A program made the translations under genes and the position numbers. 64,000 bases of DNA from a virus. Shown here piece by piece: positions 18,594 to 29,534 of the stretch (position 1 is its first letter; every line of letters starts with the position of its first letter). A model generated the notes under the pieces. It was not told where the DNA came from, made no database searches, and worked only from the letters and a program-made list of their open reading frames with translations. The DNA lies in the IMG/VR virus record IMGVR_UViG_3300025015_000010, positions 96,001 to 160,000 of that record; one strand, 5' to 3'.

Positions 18594-18617
18594 CCTAGTA
18601 ACTCAAGGAGAAAAGTC

Positions 18618-19763
18618 ATGTCTAAAGAACTGATTACGCAGCTAGAAAGTCGGGTAGCTAGGGGGCTGATTAGTCGTAGAGATCGTGGACCGTTATCGAT
18701 CTACAATTACACAGACACTTGTACATTTGATCGCGCCTGGGACGAGTACACGATGGCTGCTCGTGGCCTGATTGTTAACCAGGTAACTAAAAAGGTAGTG
18801 GCCAGGGGATTTAGTAAGTTTTTCAATTATGGTGAGAATCCCGATATCGATTATACAAATTTTGGTCAATTTGAAGTCACTGAGAAGCTTGACGGCAGTC
18901 TTGGCATTATGTATTGGGACGAGTTAACCCAAATGTACCGGATTGCCACACGAGGCAGCTTCGAGAGTGATCAAGCCACCTGGGCAACGAATTGGTTGCA
19001 CAAGGAATTTTCTAACAGAGTAGGCATTATTAATGGCTTTGGTCAAGATCGAGGAATCACCCTAGTATTTGAGATCATTTATCCCGATAACCGTATTATC
19101 GTGGACTATCACGGTATTGAGGGGCTATTTTTGATCGGTGTGATTGAAAATTCGACGGGACATTCCTTTGGCTATAATCGAGTAGTCAATTGGGGCGAAG
19201 ATCACGGTTTTCAGGTAGTTAAATCGGTTCAAGTGACCAGTGTTCAAGAGCTTTTGGACTTAGCTTCTAAGCCTACAGGCAGGCCGACTGACGAGGAGGG
19301 TTGGGTGGTATTTTGGCCAAAAGCCCAATTGCGTGTTAAGATAAAGCGCGACGACTACATGCAACTGGCCAGGATTCTATCTAGGATGTCAGCCAGAGCA
19401 GTATTTGAGGCGGTTAGGGACGGTACTTTTGAGAATATGATCAAGGATCTGCCCCCAGAGTTGGCTAATGTACCGAGATTGTTAGAAGACGAAGTCAGCG
19501 CGGCATTTGCAACTGTGCATGACAACGCTGTAGACGCCCAGGATATTTTGTATGATCAGACAAAGAATAAACCTGAAATGTCCAGAAAGGACAAAGCACT
19601 GTTGATCCAAAGTGATTTACGGATTAAATGGTGCGCTTCGTACTTGTTTTCTATGCTGGATGGACAGGTTAATAATAAATGGCTGTGGAGTCAAGTTGAA
19701 GACAGGCTCAAAAAGATGGGCTATTTTATCCGCAGATTGCCTACCGAAGAGATTACGCCGTGA
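18618..19763 (+). CDS. T4 Rnl1-like RNA ligase
   Basis: ARGL, F.KFFN.GE, EKLDGSL, ATRGSF, FEII, EGWVV, RVKIK motifs. Confidence 0.92.
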   Translation: MSKELITQLESRVARGLISRRDRGPLSIYNYTDTCTFDRAWDEYTMAARGLIVNQVTKKVVARGFSKFFNYGENPDIDYTNFGQFEVTEKLDGSLGIMYWDELTQMYRIATRGSFESDQATWATNWLHKEFSNRVGIINGFGQDRGITLVFEIIYPDNRIIVDYHGIEGLFLIGVIENSTGHSFGYNRVVNWGEDHGFQVVKSVQVTSVQELLDLASKPTGRPTDEEGWVVFWPKAQLRVKIKRDDYMQLARILSRMSARAVFEAVRDGTFENMIKDLPPELANVPRLLEDEVSAAFATVHDNAVDAQDILYDQTKNKPEMSRKDKALLIQSDLRIKWCASYLFSMLDGQVNNKWLWSQVEDRLKKMGYFIRRLPTEEITP

Positions 19764-19921
19764 TTCGTCCAGGTAGCAAAGTAAAATACTTGCTAATTTC
19801 AGGTGAGCGCGGAGAAGGTACGGTTATCAAGCACCAATACGGTAGTACGTGGTTTGTCACTAAGGAAAATGGCCAGACTGTTAGTATGCCAACTACGGCT
19901 TTTGAGGAGATTACGCCGTGA
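19760..19921 (+). CDS. small SH3-like hypothetical protein (53 aa)
   Basis: GTG start overlapping ligase stop; MIRPGSKVKY...EEITP. Confidence 0.55.
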   Translation: MIRPGSKVKYLLISGERGEGTVIKHQYGSTWFVTKENGQTVSMPTTAFEEITP

Positions 19922-20256
19922 AATACCAGATATGGAAACGTTGGGAGTATGATCATGCAGATGATCCAACAGCTTGGAAGTTAGCTGATGACTATCAGTA
20001 TTATACTTTAGAGCAAGCCAATGCAGAGGCACGTAATCTTAGACGTAGGTTGACTGGTCGTATAGTTGAAGTCAAGGAGCAGACTATGTCTAACGACCGT
20101 TTCATCGAAGCCTATGCACAACTACGCAGAAATCTTCGAGATTTGATGTTTAAAAATGGAGTTCAATCTAATCCAGGATTCGGAGACGATGAGATTGTTG
20201 CCTGTATGGCCGAAATTATTCGAAAAGCGGGTAATCACAAGAAAGGAAAGTCATGA
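19918..20256 (+). CDS. hypothetical protein
   Basis: ORF in operon. Confidence 0.55.
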   Translation: MKYQIWKRWEYDHADDPTAWKLADDYQYYTLEQANAEARNLRRRLTGRIVEVKEQTMSNDRFIEAYAQLRRNLRDLMFKNGVQSNPGFGDDEIVACMAEIIRKAGNHKKGKS

Positions 20257-20639
20257 GATTTCTGTGCAGATATGCTATGCCAGGCTCGCCCAAGACCGAA
20301 TGGGCAACTGTAAATTCAGACACAAAAGAATCAGCCGTGATGGATTTTCACCATGTATGTGATCGGGGCATGGTATATACTCACTACCTAAACGCTGAGA
20401 AGACTCGAAAAGAAAATATCACATTCGCCTGCGTAGCAGTGAAAGCAGAATTAGACCTAGGCGACGGTGAAGAGTTTATAGCCAGAAATTATTTTTCTAA
20501 GATATGGCGTAGCGGAGGCGTGAAGCGCCCAGAGCACGATGTTACTTTAGCAGAGATCACCGAGAAACTAGGCTACACGTTTGAGCCAGAAACACTCTTA
20601 GAGAAGGGCTGGGACGAAGAATCCGAATCTTGGGACTAA
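20253..20639 (+). CDS. hypothetical protein
   Basis: ORF in operon. Confidence 0.65.
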   Translation: MRFLCRYAMPGSPKTEWATVNSDTKESAVMDFHHVCDRGMVYTHYLNAEKTRKENITFACVAVKAELDLGDGEEFIARNYFSKIWRSGGVKRPEHDVTLAEITEKLGYTFEPETLLEKGWDEESESWD

Positions 20640-20679
20640 AAGTTCTTGACTCCATAATAATTTATGGTATATTACTCAT

Positions 20680-21930
20680 ATGACGACTAAGCTATATAAA
20701 GTTGGTGGAGCCGTACGGGATACGCTTCTCGGTAGAACGCCCAAGGACATCGACTATGTTCTTGTGGGCGCTACCTATGAGCAAGCCCAAGCTATGTATG
20801 GTGATCCCGTAGGAGCCACTTTCCCGGTATTTTTCGATGCCAATGGCAATGAAGTCGCTCTTGCTCGCAAGGAAACTAAGACCGGTGCAGGCCATACAGG
20901 ATTTGTCTGCGACTTCGGGCCAGACGTAACGATTGAGCAAGATTTAGCTCGCCGTGACTTTACAATTAATGCTATTGCTATGGATTCGGACGGAAAGTAC
21001 ACCGACCCATTTGGCGGTATCAATGATCTGAAGGCTAAGGTGCTTCGTGCTGTGGGTCCAGCGTTCGCCGAAGATCCACTCCGTGTTTACAGGCTCGCTA
21101 GGTTTGCAGCTACGCTGGAATTTAGTATGGTTTACGAGACGGCAGAAATGGCTAAATCCCTGGTTCAAGAAATCAGTTCACTGTCTGGCGAACGAGTTGC
21201 AGCCGAGATGCTCAAGACGTTTTTCAAGTCTGGTATCAAGCCGTCCGTATTTTTCAGAACGCTGCTTGATCTTGGAGTTCTGCACGTGCATTTTCCCGAG
21301 GTTCAGGCCCTTGTAGATGTTCCGGCCGGGCCAAAGGTTCATCACCAAGAAGGTAGCGCGTTTGAGCACACAATGCTGGTTCTGGATGAGATTCAGTGCA
21401 GCGATCCAGTATCCAGGTTCGGCGCTTTGGTGCATGATCTGGGTAAGGGAGTGACACCTAAGAGCGAACTTCCTAAGCACTACGGCCATGATTCCAGGGT
21501 TGAACTGGTTGACGCCCTGTGTGACCGGCTGAAGCTGCCTGCTGAGTATCTGCACTTTGGTCGTTTGGCCATGAGTCAGCACATGCGGGCACATGAAGTC
21601 AAGAAAATGTCCACGAAGAAGCTTGTGCAGTTTGTTCATCAGGTTTCTAAGCCTACCACGGACATGTACAGGCTGATTGAAATCGTGGAAGCTGATGGCC
21701 GTGGACGTCGGCCTAGTAGTGAGGATAAGACAACTGGCGAGCATATCCTGAAGGTGTACGCAGCCATCAAGAGCGTGAAGCCAGTGGAAGTTATTCAGGC
21801 TGCTGAGAAGTCCAGAGCAGAACGCGCTGTCAGGACCGGAATCAAGCCTGAAAAGCTTCTTGGTAAGCATATTGGTGAACTTATTTACATAGCGGAAATT
21901 CAGGCTGTCAATAAAGTACTGGAGGTTTGA
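20680..21930 (+). CDS. cca: CCA-adding tRNA nucleotidyltransferase with HD domain
   Basis: VGGAVRD, DID, EVALAR, DLARRDFTINA, EDPLR, HDLGK motifs; TTGACT-16-TATATT promoter just upstream. Confidence 0.92.
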   Translation: MTTKLYKVGGAVRDTLLGRTPKDIDYVLVGATYEQAQAMYGDPVGATFPVFFDANGNEVALARKETKTGAGHTGFVCDFGPDVTIEQDLARRDFTINAIAMDSDGKYTDPFGGINDLKAKVLRAVGPAFAEDPLRVYRLARFAATLEFSMVYETAEMAKSLVQEISSLSGERVAAEMLKTFFKSGIKPSVFFRTLLDLGVLHVHFPEVQALVDVPAGPKVHHQEGSAFEHTMLVLDEIQCSDPVSRFGALVHDLGKGVTPKSELPKHYGHDSRVELVDALCDRLKLPAEYLHFGRLAMSQHMRAHEVKKMSTKKLVQFVHQVSKPTTDMYRLIEIVEADGRGRRPSSEDKTTGEHILKVYAAIKSVKPVEVIQAAEKSRAERAVRTGIKPEKLLGKHIGELIYIAEIQAVNKVLEV

Positions 21931-22155
21931 CATGGTCGAGTTCGCGCTCCTTGGAGACGAAGATAAGATTCGAGTTGCAGGTTTAGCCACAAGTTGGTAT
22001 AGAGAGCATATACACCATGTTGTCAAATTAGTCAGAAAACAATCTGTAGCTTATTCACCTTCAGGGTCAGACCTGTTTCGTCCCGAATTGTGGAAAGCCG
22101 CACATTGGAAGTGGTTTACGGATGTTTATATTCTTAAGGCTGTTAAAGAGATAAA

Positions 22156-22503
22156 ATGACTACTAGCGAGATTGTTCGGAGGCTGGAACTAATTACGCGG
22201 ATCACGTTAGAACTAAGGAATCGTGGTTCTTGGTTATGCAAAGCTGTTGATATCAAGTCAACACACAAAGGAAATATCTATTCACCCCACAGCGTAGAGG
22301 CTTTTGGTTCTACACCAGAGTATGCAGTTAGCGCATTGTGGGATCTTATCATGGACCGGCAGGCGGATGCCTATGTTGTACAGAAGCAGACCGATTCTGG
22401 CGTGAGCACTAACTACACATGGGAAGTGAAGGTGGGGCTGTGGCGTAATTGGGGAGATGGCTTTCCAGTATACAGTCCGGCAGAAATTCTTACTCAGGAG
22501 TAA
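22156..22503 (+). CDS. hypothetical protein
   Basis: ORF in operon. Confidence 0.6.
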   Translation: MTTSEIVRRLELITRITLELRNRGSWLCKAVDIKSTHKGNIYSPHSVEAFGSTPEYAVSALWDLIMDRQADAYVVQKQTDSGVSTNYTWEVKVGLWRNWGDGFPVYSPAEILTQE

Positions 22504-22507
22504 AATT

Positions 22508-23089
22508 ATGACGACCGTACACGAAATTAGCGTTTCAAATGTTTGTACCGCGTTCGACAAGATGCCTATCGGCACCGGAGTAATGCATCGCAATAATTTT
22601 TTGACCGCGCTGCTAGCCAGGATCGAGCAAACCGACTTTGGTACTTTGGGGCAGGTTTACATTGATCTTCCAGAGGCTCTGCTTTGTGTTTCCGGAGGTC
22701 TGGCTAGGCGAGAAGGTGTACGACACGTTAATGTCCGAGCACATCGTGGCCAGTTCGGCGTTTATGCTCCTAGGGTTCTGGCTGAGCCACCCGAAAAGCT
22801 GGGTGTTGTTGTGTACACCATCAAAGCTTATCTGGCTGATCCCGAAGTTGACGAGGAAGAGGCTAGGAGTCTGATTTGGAGCCAAGCCAAATATGTCATC
22901 GTAGCGGTACTCTCGGCCCCAAAAGGTGTTGGTGGAGATGGAGTGATGGGTACTTATCGGTTTACGTCTAACCTGGCAGGTGGGAATAATAAGTACAAGC
23001 CAGAAAATGGTTATACTCTTGACAAAGCAATTTCAGATGCTAAACTGTGTCTTGAATATGAGAATACTTGGATTACGGTTGCTGATTAG
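22508..23089 (+). CDS. hypothetical protein
   Basis: AGGAG RBS before ATG 22508. Confidence 0.7.
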   Translation: MTTVHEISVSNVCTAFDKMPIGTGVMHRNNFLTALLARIEQTDFGTLGQVYIDLPEALLCVSGGLARREGVRHVNVRAHRGQFGVYAPRVLAEPPEKLGVVVYTIKAYLADPEVDEEEARSLIWSQAKYVIVAVLSAPKGVGGDGVMGTYRFTSNLAGGNNKYKPENGYTLDKAISDAKLCLEYENTWITVAD

Positions 23090-23441
23090 GGGCATAATGT
23101 GAAAATCATCGTTACAAAGCGTTTAAATGACTATCACGCATGCCTAGAGTCTAATACAGGCGTCTGGGGATGTGGTAAGAATCCTACGGAGGCTGTTGGT
23201 AGTTTCATTATTACACTGGCCAGTTTTAAGCCACACGAAGTCGAAGTCGTCAGAAAGGACGGTGCATAGTGAGTTTCAACCTAGATGATTTTCGTGAGAA
23301 GGTAGCTAGGCTAAATACTATCTTGCAAGACAGGGACGGTGAAGGGACTTTTGTTTATGCCGAGGCCATCCATAGACTAATGGACGAAGTACATGATGCG
23401 TGGTACGGTCCAGATGGTAAAATGAAGCCGGGAGCGAAGCT

Positions 23442-23792
23442 ATGATTACATTGACTACAGAAAATTGGCGGCAAGAAATCGATCAAGCTAAACTGCCAAA
23501 TATTTTGAAAAGCATCGTTGGTGACTATTTAAACGATAGTATTCCGCCAGAAGCTTATGATTGGGACATTATGGTTGTCCAGCAGAAGACACAAGGTGAA
23601 TTAGAGATTGATCGAGTTCCATATAATATTGTAGTGTTCGTTCCTGATAATTCTGAGACTCACCGCAGATTCTTTACTCTGGTGAAGAAGTATCCAGGCG
23701 GAAAATTGACGAGCCTTGGTGATGCCATGAGTCAGTTAAATCTTGAGTACTTGGAAGGAGTGTTTTCGGGGATTAAGTTGGATGTTAATTAG
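23442..23792 (+). CDS. hypothetical protein
   Basis: GGAG RBS. Confidence 0.65.
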   Translation: MITLTTENWRQEIDQAKLPNILKSIVGDYLNDSIPPEAYDWDIMVVQQKTQGELEIDRVPYNIVVFVPDNSETHRRFFTLVKKYPGGKLTSLGDAMSQLNLEYLEGVFSGIKLDVN

Positions 23793-24070
23793 TCTAATTC
23801 TGGCAGCGGAGCACTAGGGTCGATTCTGAATACATGTTCTATGCAGATCCAGTCAAAGTAGTAGAATGTTTCGCCGCCCACGGTCGATTTGTGGAAACTG
23901 ACACCGTAGTACTTGGATGGAATTAATTCTAGCAGTTCTTGCTCAATGTAGACATGCCTCATAAAGGTAGCTCTGCTGATCACTCTTGAGTTTGCGACAA
24001 TAGCAATGAGTGCATCTACTTCATCTTCAGGCCACTGGACACAGGCACTGTAAAAATAGTAGTTTTTCAT
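23789..24070 (-). CDS. hypothetical protein
   Basis: ORF in operon. Confidence 0.65.
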   Translation of the reverse strand: MKNYYFYSACVQWPEDEVDALIAIVANSRVISRATFMRHVYIEQELLELIPSKYYGVSFHKSTVGGETFYYFDWICIEHVFRIDPSAPLPELD

Positions 24071-24360
24071 TTAGACCTTTCAATGTGTTTCATCCAGGCA
24101 CGCCCCTCTTGGGTAGCATAGTTACCGAGCATAGCCCAGGTCTCGAAGCCTTGGCTGTCTAGTAAATGTTCCAGCAAGGCAGTGGCAATGCCTTGTCTTT
24201 GATGATCAGGTTCTACTTCAACATGCCGAATGTAGGCTGTGCTGTCGTGAGGCATTGAGGTCCATGATATCTTGCCAACGATTTTTTGTTTGATAATTGC
24301 ATAATCTGTCCCTTGATATTCTTGCCCTAGAGCGTCGCCAGTATGTTCGAATCTAAGCAT
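24067..24360 (-). CDS. GNAT acetyltransferase
   Basis: V.P.HQRQGIATALL acetyl-CoA motif. Confidence 0.8.
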   Translation of the reverse strand: MLRFEHTGDALGQEYQGTDYAIIKQKIVGKISWTSMPHDSTAYIRHVEVEPDHQRQGIATALLEHLLDSQGFETWAMLGNYATQEGRAWMKHIERSK

Positions 24361-24955
24361 TTTTGCACTCCATGTAAAATCTATTATTCCGCGTTTCTAC
24401 CTTTACGCCGTAGGTATTCTTCAAGGAATTCCATACCCGCCGTGCTCCTGTGGTAACGTGGCTATCAGAATAAAGCGGAAACATTTCGCAAGCAATAGTT
24501 TTATACAGACTAGTCATTAGACCACGACCGCGCCATCCATGCTGGATAGCCGATGCACTAACGTACCAACCGACTTGAGTATGTTTCCATTGAGTACCTG
24601 AAAATGCCCCTTCAGTAAGTGGGAATAAGTCAACACCACCAATGGCCTGTAGGTCCGGCTGGTGATCTTCCATCCACTGTTCCCGCTCGTGGTGGTGAAG
24701 TAACTCTGGCGGTACAGTAGACATCCAAATAAAGAAATCCTCCTCGGTAGTTCCAGGAAGTAGTATTCTAAAGGTATAACTTTGGTAGTGATTGTCAGTC
24801 TTGGTTACGGCCACAAGATATTGTCGAGATTCGTGATCCACAACGGTTAAAAATTGGTTATGCGTCTCTGTTTCGGCTATGTTAAGTCTAAATGACTCAA
24901 GGACATGCTTAGTCCATGACGGATCAAATCTATGATTTTTTGGGCCTGGTGGCAT
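24353..24955 (-). CDS. GNAT-like protein
   Basis: WRGRGLMTSLY...LYSD...T.GA..VW pattern. Confidence 0.6.
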   Translation of the reverse strand: MPPGPKNHRFDPSWTKHVLESFRLNIAETETHNQFLTVVDHESRQYLVAVTKTDNHYQSYTFRILLPGTTEEDFFIWMSTVPPELLHHHEREQWMEDHQPDLQAIGGVDLFPLTEGAFSGTQWKHTQVGWYVSASAIQHGWRGRGLMTSLYKTIACEMFPLYSDSHVTTGARRVWNSLKNTYGVKVETRNNRFYMECKNA

Positions 24956-24985
24956 AAGATTACCTTTAAGTAGAACACTACCTAA

Positions 24986-25015
24986 AGTCTACCACTTTTC
25001 CTAGGTGCTTGTCCT
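24986..25015 (-). promoter_or_regulatory. putative phage-type promoter motif, copy 4
   Basis: AGGAC-N14-AGTGGTAGACT on minus strand, ahead of the GNAT genes. Confidence 0.65.
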
Positions 25016-25516
25016 TCTACGGTGTTCTTTTGCCCGGCAGTTCCAGACAGGGAGCGGATGTTCAGTGTGTATAGGGCATGAGTCATCATGTACGCCGTAC
25101 TCGCCGTCAGGGTCGCCTAAGCAGGCACAAGTAATCGGGCAGATGCAGTGAATCGTGCTTTCGGCTATGATTGTGATATTAAATTCAGGTAAGTGTTTGT
25201 CGGCTATCTGCCTAGCAGTCCTTTTGGCCCCGCGCATGTAGTCAGGCTTGACATTTTTGAGTAGAATTGCAGTGCTTAGAAAAGTATAGTCGTCTAGGGT
25301 GCTGACTAAGATGTTCTTGTCACTTAGAGCCGTTTCTATGGCAGCTACGGCGTTGCCTACCCTTAAGGATAGTTCCCTGTAATCTGGGTTTTCAGGACGT
25401 CCTAGGGCTACTCTGGCCTGTTTACCGTGGTCTTGAATGATCTTGGCCATTCCGTCATGATAGGTGACCGGATTAGCATAGAACTCAAGCGCCGAAATTA
25501 ACTTATTGATATCCAT
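25001..25516 (-). CDS. hypothetical protein
   Basis: ORF in operon. Confidence 0.6.
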   Translation of the reverse strand: MDINKLISALEFYANPVTYHDGMAKIIQDHGKQARVALGRPENPDYRELSLRVGNAVAAIETALSDKNILVSTLDDYTFLSTAILLKNVKPDYMRGAKRTARQIADKHLPEFNITIIAESTIHCICPITCACLGDPDGEYGVHDDSCPIHTEHPLPVWNCRAKEHRRRTST

Positions 25517-25525
25517 AAGATTTCC

Positions 25526-26032
25526 TCACCACAAATTAGGGCCTATTCTGCTGGGTAATTTCAGTAAATCATCCTGCCAGTACAAATTATACACAGGTAT
25601 ATTCAGGTCTTCAGCAAGCCTTAATGCCCGCCCTGTGCCACCCGAGGCATGTCCGTCTTTAGTCCAACAGACTACGAAATCTACAGGGGATTTCAAATCG
25701 CGGCCAAGTATTTGGTAGCAATTTCTGGCCATTAGCTTTTTACCGGCTTGGGATAATTTATCCCAAGCCGGATGATATTTTTCAGCCAGCGCAAAAGCTT
25801 CTGCTGTTAGAGTATATAAATTTGAGTTATTTCTATTGAAGCTACGCCAAGGCAGGTAGATTTCTTTTTTGATAGCATGGCGTTCAAAGAAGGTGTCTGC
25901 ACCATCAGCCCCGCCAGACCGTAAGGTATATCCTTGAGAGTTAAGTTCAGTGACTATTTGGCTGATACTGGGCTCTAAGGTTATAGGAGTTTCTCTGGAG
26001 CCTATACCCGCGTAGAATTTAGCTATTCCCAC
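25526..26032 (-). CDS. SLOG/DprA-like nucleotide-binding protein
   Basis: YAGIGSRETP, LRSGGA.GAD, ARN, SGGTG motifs. Confidence 0.8.
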   Translation of the reverse strand: MGIAKFYAGIGSRETPITLEPSISQIVTELNSQGYTLRSGGADGADTFFERHAIKKEIYLPWRSFNRNNSNLYTLTAEAFALAEKYHPAWDKLSQAGKKLMARNCYQILGRDLKSPVDFVVCWTKDGHASGGTGRALRLAEDLNIPVYNLYWQDDLLKLPSRIGPNLW

Positions 26033-26343
26033 TCAGTCCATTTTTCACTATAAACACGTTTTTCACATCTGGAGCATTTAAAGTGTAACGTGACCTTGTA
26101 GCACTTGTATCTTACCTTTTTTGAGAAGAAAAAGCGTTCACAGTTACAGGCTTCTGACGAACAGTAGCAGTCGCTTCTGCTACCTTCATCTCTTTCTTCG
26201 TAGTGTGTTTCCTGATCACGGCTGTCTTCGATGTAATCGTGTCCTCTACGGTTACATTCCCACAAGCCAGGATTCTCTTTTAACAGCCTTGCTTGCTGCC
26301 TTTCTTCTTCTAGGTCTTCCTGAGTCCTGTAGCTATCAGTCAT
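26023..26343 (-). CDS. hypothetical Cys-rich protein
   Basis: ORF in operon. Confidence 0.6.
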   Translation of the reverse strand: MTDSYRTQEDLEEERQQARLLKENPGLWECNRRGHDYIEDSRDQETHYEERDEGSRSDCYCSSEACNCERFFFSKKVRYKCYKVTLHFKCSRCEKRVYSEKWTEWE

Positions 26344-26353
26344 AGCGGCACCT

Positions 26354-26890
26354 TTATGTTTTAGTTAGTTCGTCCAACGCCTGGCGCAGAATGGCTGCAC
26401 GTTCATCTCTGTGTTCAGCATAAGCTTCACCTGTGAGTAGTTTTAGTTGCTTGATCACTGAGTTTTCGACTGACCGTTTTGTGCTTTCTTGTTCAAATAA
26501 TTGACCGGCTTTATGTGCAGCAGTCATCCAATCTTTCTTTGGCCCAGCCTGTGTTTTTTGAAGTATTGCACTTAGGTTATATTTGTACAGATTCCCAAGG
26601 CTGTCTAAAGGTATTACGACTATTTCGCGCCCCAGATTGTCTAGTTTGTGTCGCCACAGTTCTACGCATAGAATAGCGGCTTCCTCAGGCGATTCTGTGT
26701 TGAGTTCAAGATTAGTGATTTTGCCAGAGGTTACTTTATATGCCCGCATAGAGTTGTTTCCTTCTTTCAGAGTCGAGTTTAAGTGTGGATTGTAATTCGT
26801 AGTCACCGACTTTGGTGCCAGACCCTTTACAGATTGTGGTCCTCCACAACGGGCGTCGAGTTCCTGGGCCGACTTTCTCAACATGGCCAA
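26354..26890 (-). CDS. hypothetical protein
   Basis: likely start MRAYKV downstream of track start. Confidence 0.55.
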   Translation of the reverse strand: MAMLRKSAQELDARCGGPQSVKGLAPKSVTTNYNPHLNSTLKEGNNSMRAYKVTSGKITNLELNTESPEEAAILCVELWRHKLDNLGREIVVIPLDSLGNLYKYNLSAILQKTQAGPKKDWMTAAHKAGQLFEQESTKRSVENSVIKQLKLLTGEAYAEHRDERAAILRQALDELTKT

Positions 26891-27209
26891 ACGATTCAGA
26901 ATGTCTAACTATTTTGCCGTTGGCCATAAAACCGACTGACCAGGAAGCGCAGCATGGACATGATGTGTAGCCTATTACATGCCATGGCTTGAGAATTCTA
27001 TGTCTTCGGATCAAGTAGGCGTACCTCGAAGGTAGAGTCAGGTCGTGCTGCGGCTTCAAGAGCACTAATTGAGCCACAATCCTTTATGGCATTTCTTAGG
27101 GTCATGTCAAGTCCAGCGAGATTAGCCAGGATGTCCATTCCGTCGTCGTAGTTATCTTCCTGATGAATAAGCCGTATGGCCTGGCGGATTAATTGACGCT
27201 CTTTCTTGG

Positions 27210-27506
27210 TCACCGCCCTAGGGCCTTAGCAATTGCGATCTTTGCTTTAGATCCACAGTCACTGCTGCTTACAGAGTCCATGTGCTCAGGCGTAAATTCA
27301 CGGAGAATTTCCTGAAGCGCAGCCAGTAGTTCTGGCGCAGCGGATACGAGATGGCCATTAGCTGTGCAGCGTTCACTAGTAGGCGATCCAGGATGAAAGC
27401 TAAAAATTGCACAGTCCGCGACCATAAAGCCGTCTGGGCCTAACACAGCCTGGTACTCAACCTCTGGATTGGCGGTCCAAGGGCCTGGTGTATGAGTATC
27501 GTGCAT
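27210..27506 (-). CDS. phage hypothetical protein (HTPGPW...AAPELLAAL family)
   Basis: common phage small-protein pattern. Confidence 0.75.
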   Translation of the reverse strand: MHDTHTPGPWTANPEVEYQAVLGPDGFMVADCAIFSFHPGSPTSERCTANGHLVSAAPELLAALQEILREFTPEHMDSVSSSDCGSKAKIAIAKALGR

Positions 27507-27543
27507 GATTGTTACCTTTCTACGTAAGTGAGTACTTTAGTCT

Positions 27544-27837
27544 TTAGTAGTCATCACGGTCCTTCAATGGCCGATTCAGACTATCCTTGAGTAAGTTTTC
27601 GCCTTCCTCGCTCAGACCGCGCATCTTTAGAGTCATAGAACCAGTCTCTAATATTCGGCAATAATGATCTTGAACAGCCAGCGTACCGGCGTCGCTAGCC
27701 TGTTCAGTAGGCCCTACAAGTTCATAGTGTGATCCGCACATGACGTCTACGAATCTTATCTGGCCGTTCACGATTACAAATTTGAAACAGCCGCGAGGCA
27801 CTTTGTTAATATCTTCGATGTTCATGTAATCGATCAT
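27544..27837 (-). CDS. hypothetical protein
   Basis: ORF in operon. Confidence 0.6.
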   Translation of the reverse strand: MIDYMNIEDINKVPRGCFKFVIVNGQIRFVDVMCGSHYELVGPTEQASDAGTLAVQDHYCRILETGSMTLKMRGLSEEGENLLKDSLNRPLKDRDDY

Positions 27838-28076
27838 TCCTCATCTACCTCCACGTCGTGATCCACATCGTACTCTACACTCAGGCGTTCCCCCTGCTCA
27901 AGCAGAAAAGCCTCTGCTCTTTCCTCCCTCCCAGGGCCGATGAAGACCCTGCTAACCCCTGACAGGCCTCTTTCACCTTCATGCCAGTTCGTATGGATAA
28001 CCACCGAAACGTGTCTCATAGGTCACCAAGATTCTTTCGATTGCTAGGGTTAATTACAGGAGAATTATAGCATGAC

Positions 28077-28577
28077 TCAGACGTGAGTCAAGAGCTTTTC
28101 TTTAAGTTTAGTTACAATAGCCGCTGGCACTGAGCGTCTCACTTCATTCTCCCAGTTTGGATCAATACCTACGTGGCCTTTGACCATGCTGGAACTTACA
28201 TGCATTAGGCTTGGTAAACAAGGTATCCAGACAGTTTCGATGTTAGGACATATTTTTCTATTTTCTTCCGCCAAGGTCTGCTCAGCTTCGAGGTCTTTGA
28301 AATTTCGTATGCCACGGATAATAACTTGAGCGTCCAGTGATTTCGCATGCTTAACTACGTAGTGGCCTATGCAGATATCGATTGTGACATTTGGCATGTG
28401 CAGGGTCACTTCTCTGGCCATACTGGCACGTTCTTCGGGCGAGAATGTGTAGGTCTTTCGAGCATCTACGGCGATTAGAACTATGAGTTCATCATAGAGT
28501 TTAGCAGCGCGCTCGATGACGTTGATGTGTCCGTTTGTGATAGGATCAAGACTCGCAGCATAGACAGCTTTACGCAC
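28077..28577 (-). CDS. coaD: phosphopantetheine adenylyltransferase
   Basis: AVYAASLDPITNGH, IIRGIR, HVSSSMVK motifs; GTG start at 28577. Confidence 0.88.
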   Translation of the reverse strand: MRKAVYAASLDPITNGHINVIERAAKLYDELIVLIAVDARKTYTFSPEERASMAREVTLHMPNVTIDICIGHYVVKHAKSLDAQVIIRGIRNFKDLEAEQTLAEENRKICPNIETVWIPCLPSLMHVSSSMVKGHVGIDPNWENEVRRSVPAAIVTKLKEKLLTHV

Positions 28578-29534
28578 GTTTAGTCCTTTGTCGAAAATGA
28601 CGCGCAGCCGAGGCAGAGTAGTCCGTCTCCGCGTTTTTCTAAACCCTGAAAAGGCAGAGGTTGCTGACCGCAACGAGTGCAAGCTTTTATACCAGGTCTG
28701 AAATCGTAAAAGAAAGGTCGCTTTGCATGTGCCCAAGCGGCAGCCCAGGCTATTGCGGCCAGTCCAGCCATGAAACTAATGAGAGCACAAGCATTTGACC
28801 AGGCCATCGGAGTTACAGGCTCAGTTTCCATTTTGGTCCTTTCGTTTTCGCAAAAATCAATGCTATTTCGTTGATTCCAGTTATAGCCTGTCAACTCTCG
28901 CGTCTGCCCCTCCAAAGCTGAAGTTATTGTTAGTCTATCCGATTTCCGTTGTTATCTACGAAAGTAATTTCGTTGCTCATCGTAACATAAATAGGTTCGT
29001 CGTTGTCTGTGGTAGTCAAAAAATAACAGAGGTTAGATGGGTCGTCAGTAAAGAATTCACCCCACAAAGCCGTCATCGCTTCTCGGACGGAGTTAAATGG
29101 CCCGAAGGCATGTCCATGATCCAAGGCCACGACTTCTCGGGTGTCCTCAAAACGAAATACATACTGGGTCATGTTATTCTCCAAGTCAGAAGTCTTGTTT
29201 AACTCGACTTTAGAATATAGTACGTTACAAAGCTAAGTCAAATTAAAATTCGTAATCATCTGGATCTTCAGGATTGATAATAAGGTCGCCTGTTTCGGTA
29301 ATAGTCCACCGTTTAAAATTTCGACCACCAGACAAGTCCGCGCCTAGAAAGCCTTCGATCATCCCCTTGTGCTTTAACGTTTTGAGCCTTCCGGCAGCAG
29401 ATGCATAACTGAAGTCTTCAGTTGTTACACCGTGGTTATGATCGATGAATTTTAGCATGCTAAGCTGTTCAGCAGTAATCTCTTTCACGTTCTTCCTTTC
29501 TGTTTGGATACCAAAATTATAGCATAAACTAGTT

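Noticed and set aside
21178-22026. 282-aa minus-strand ORF
   Set aside because: Antisense shadow of cca
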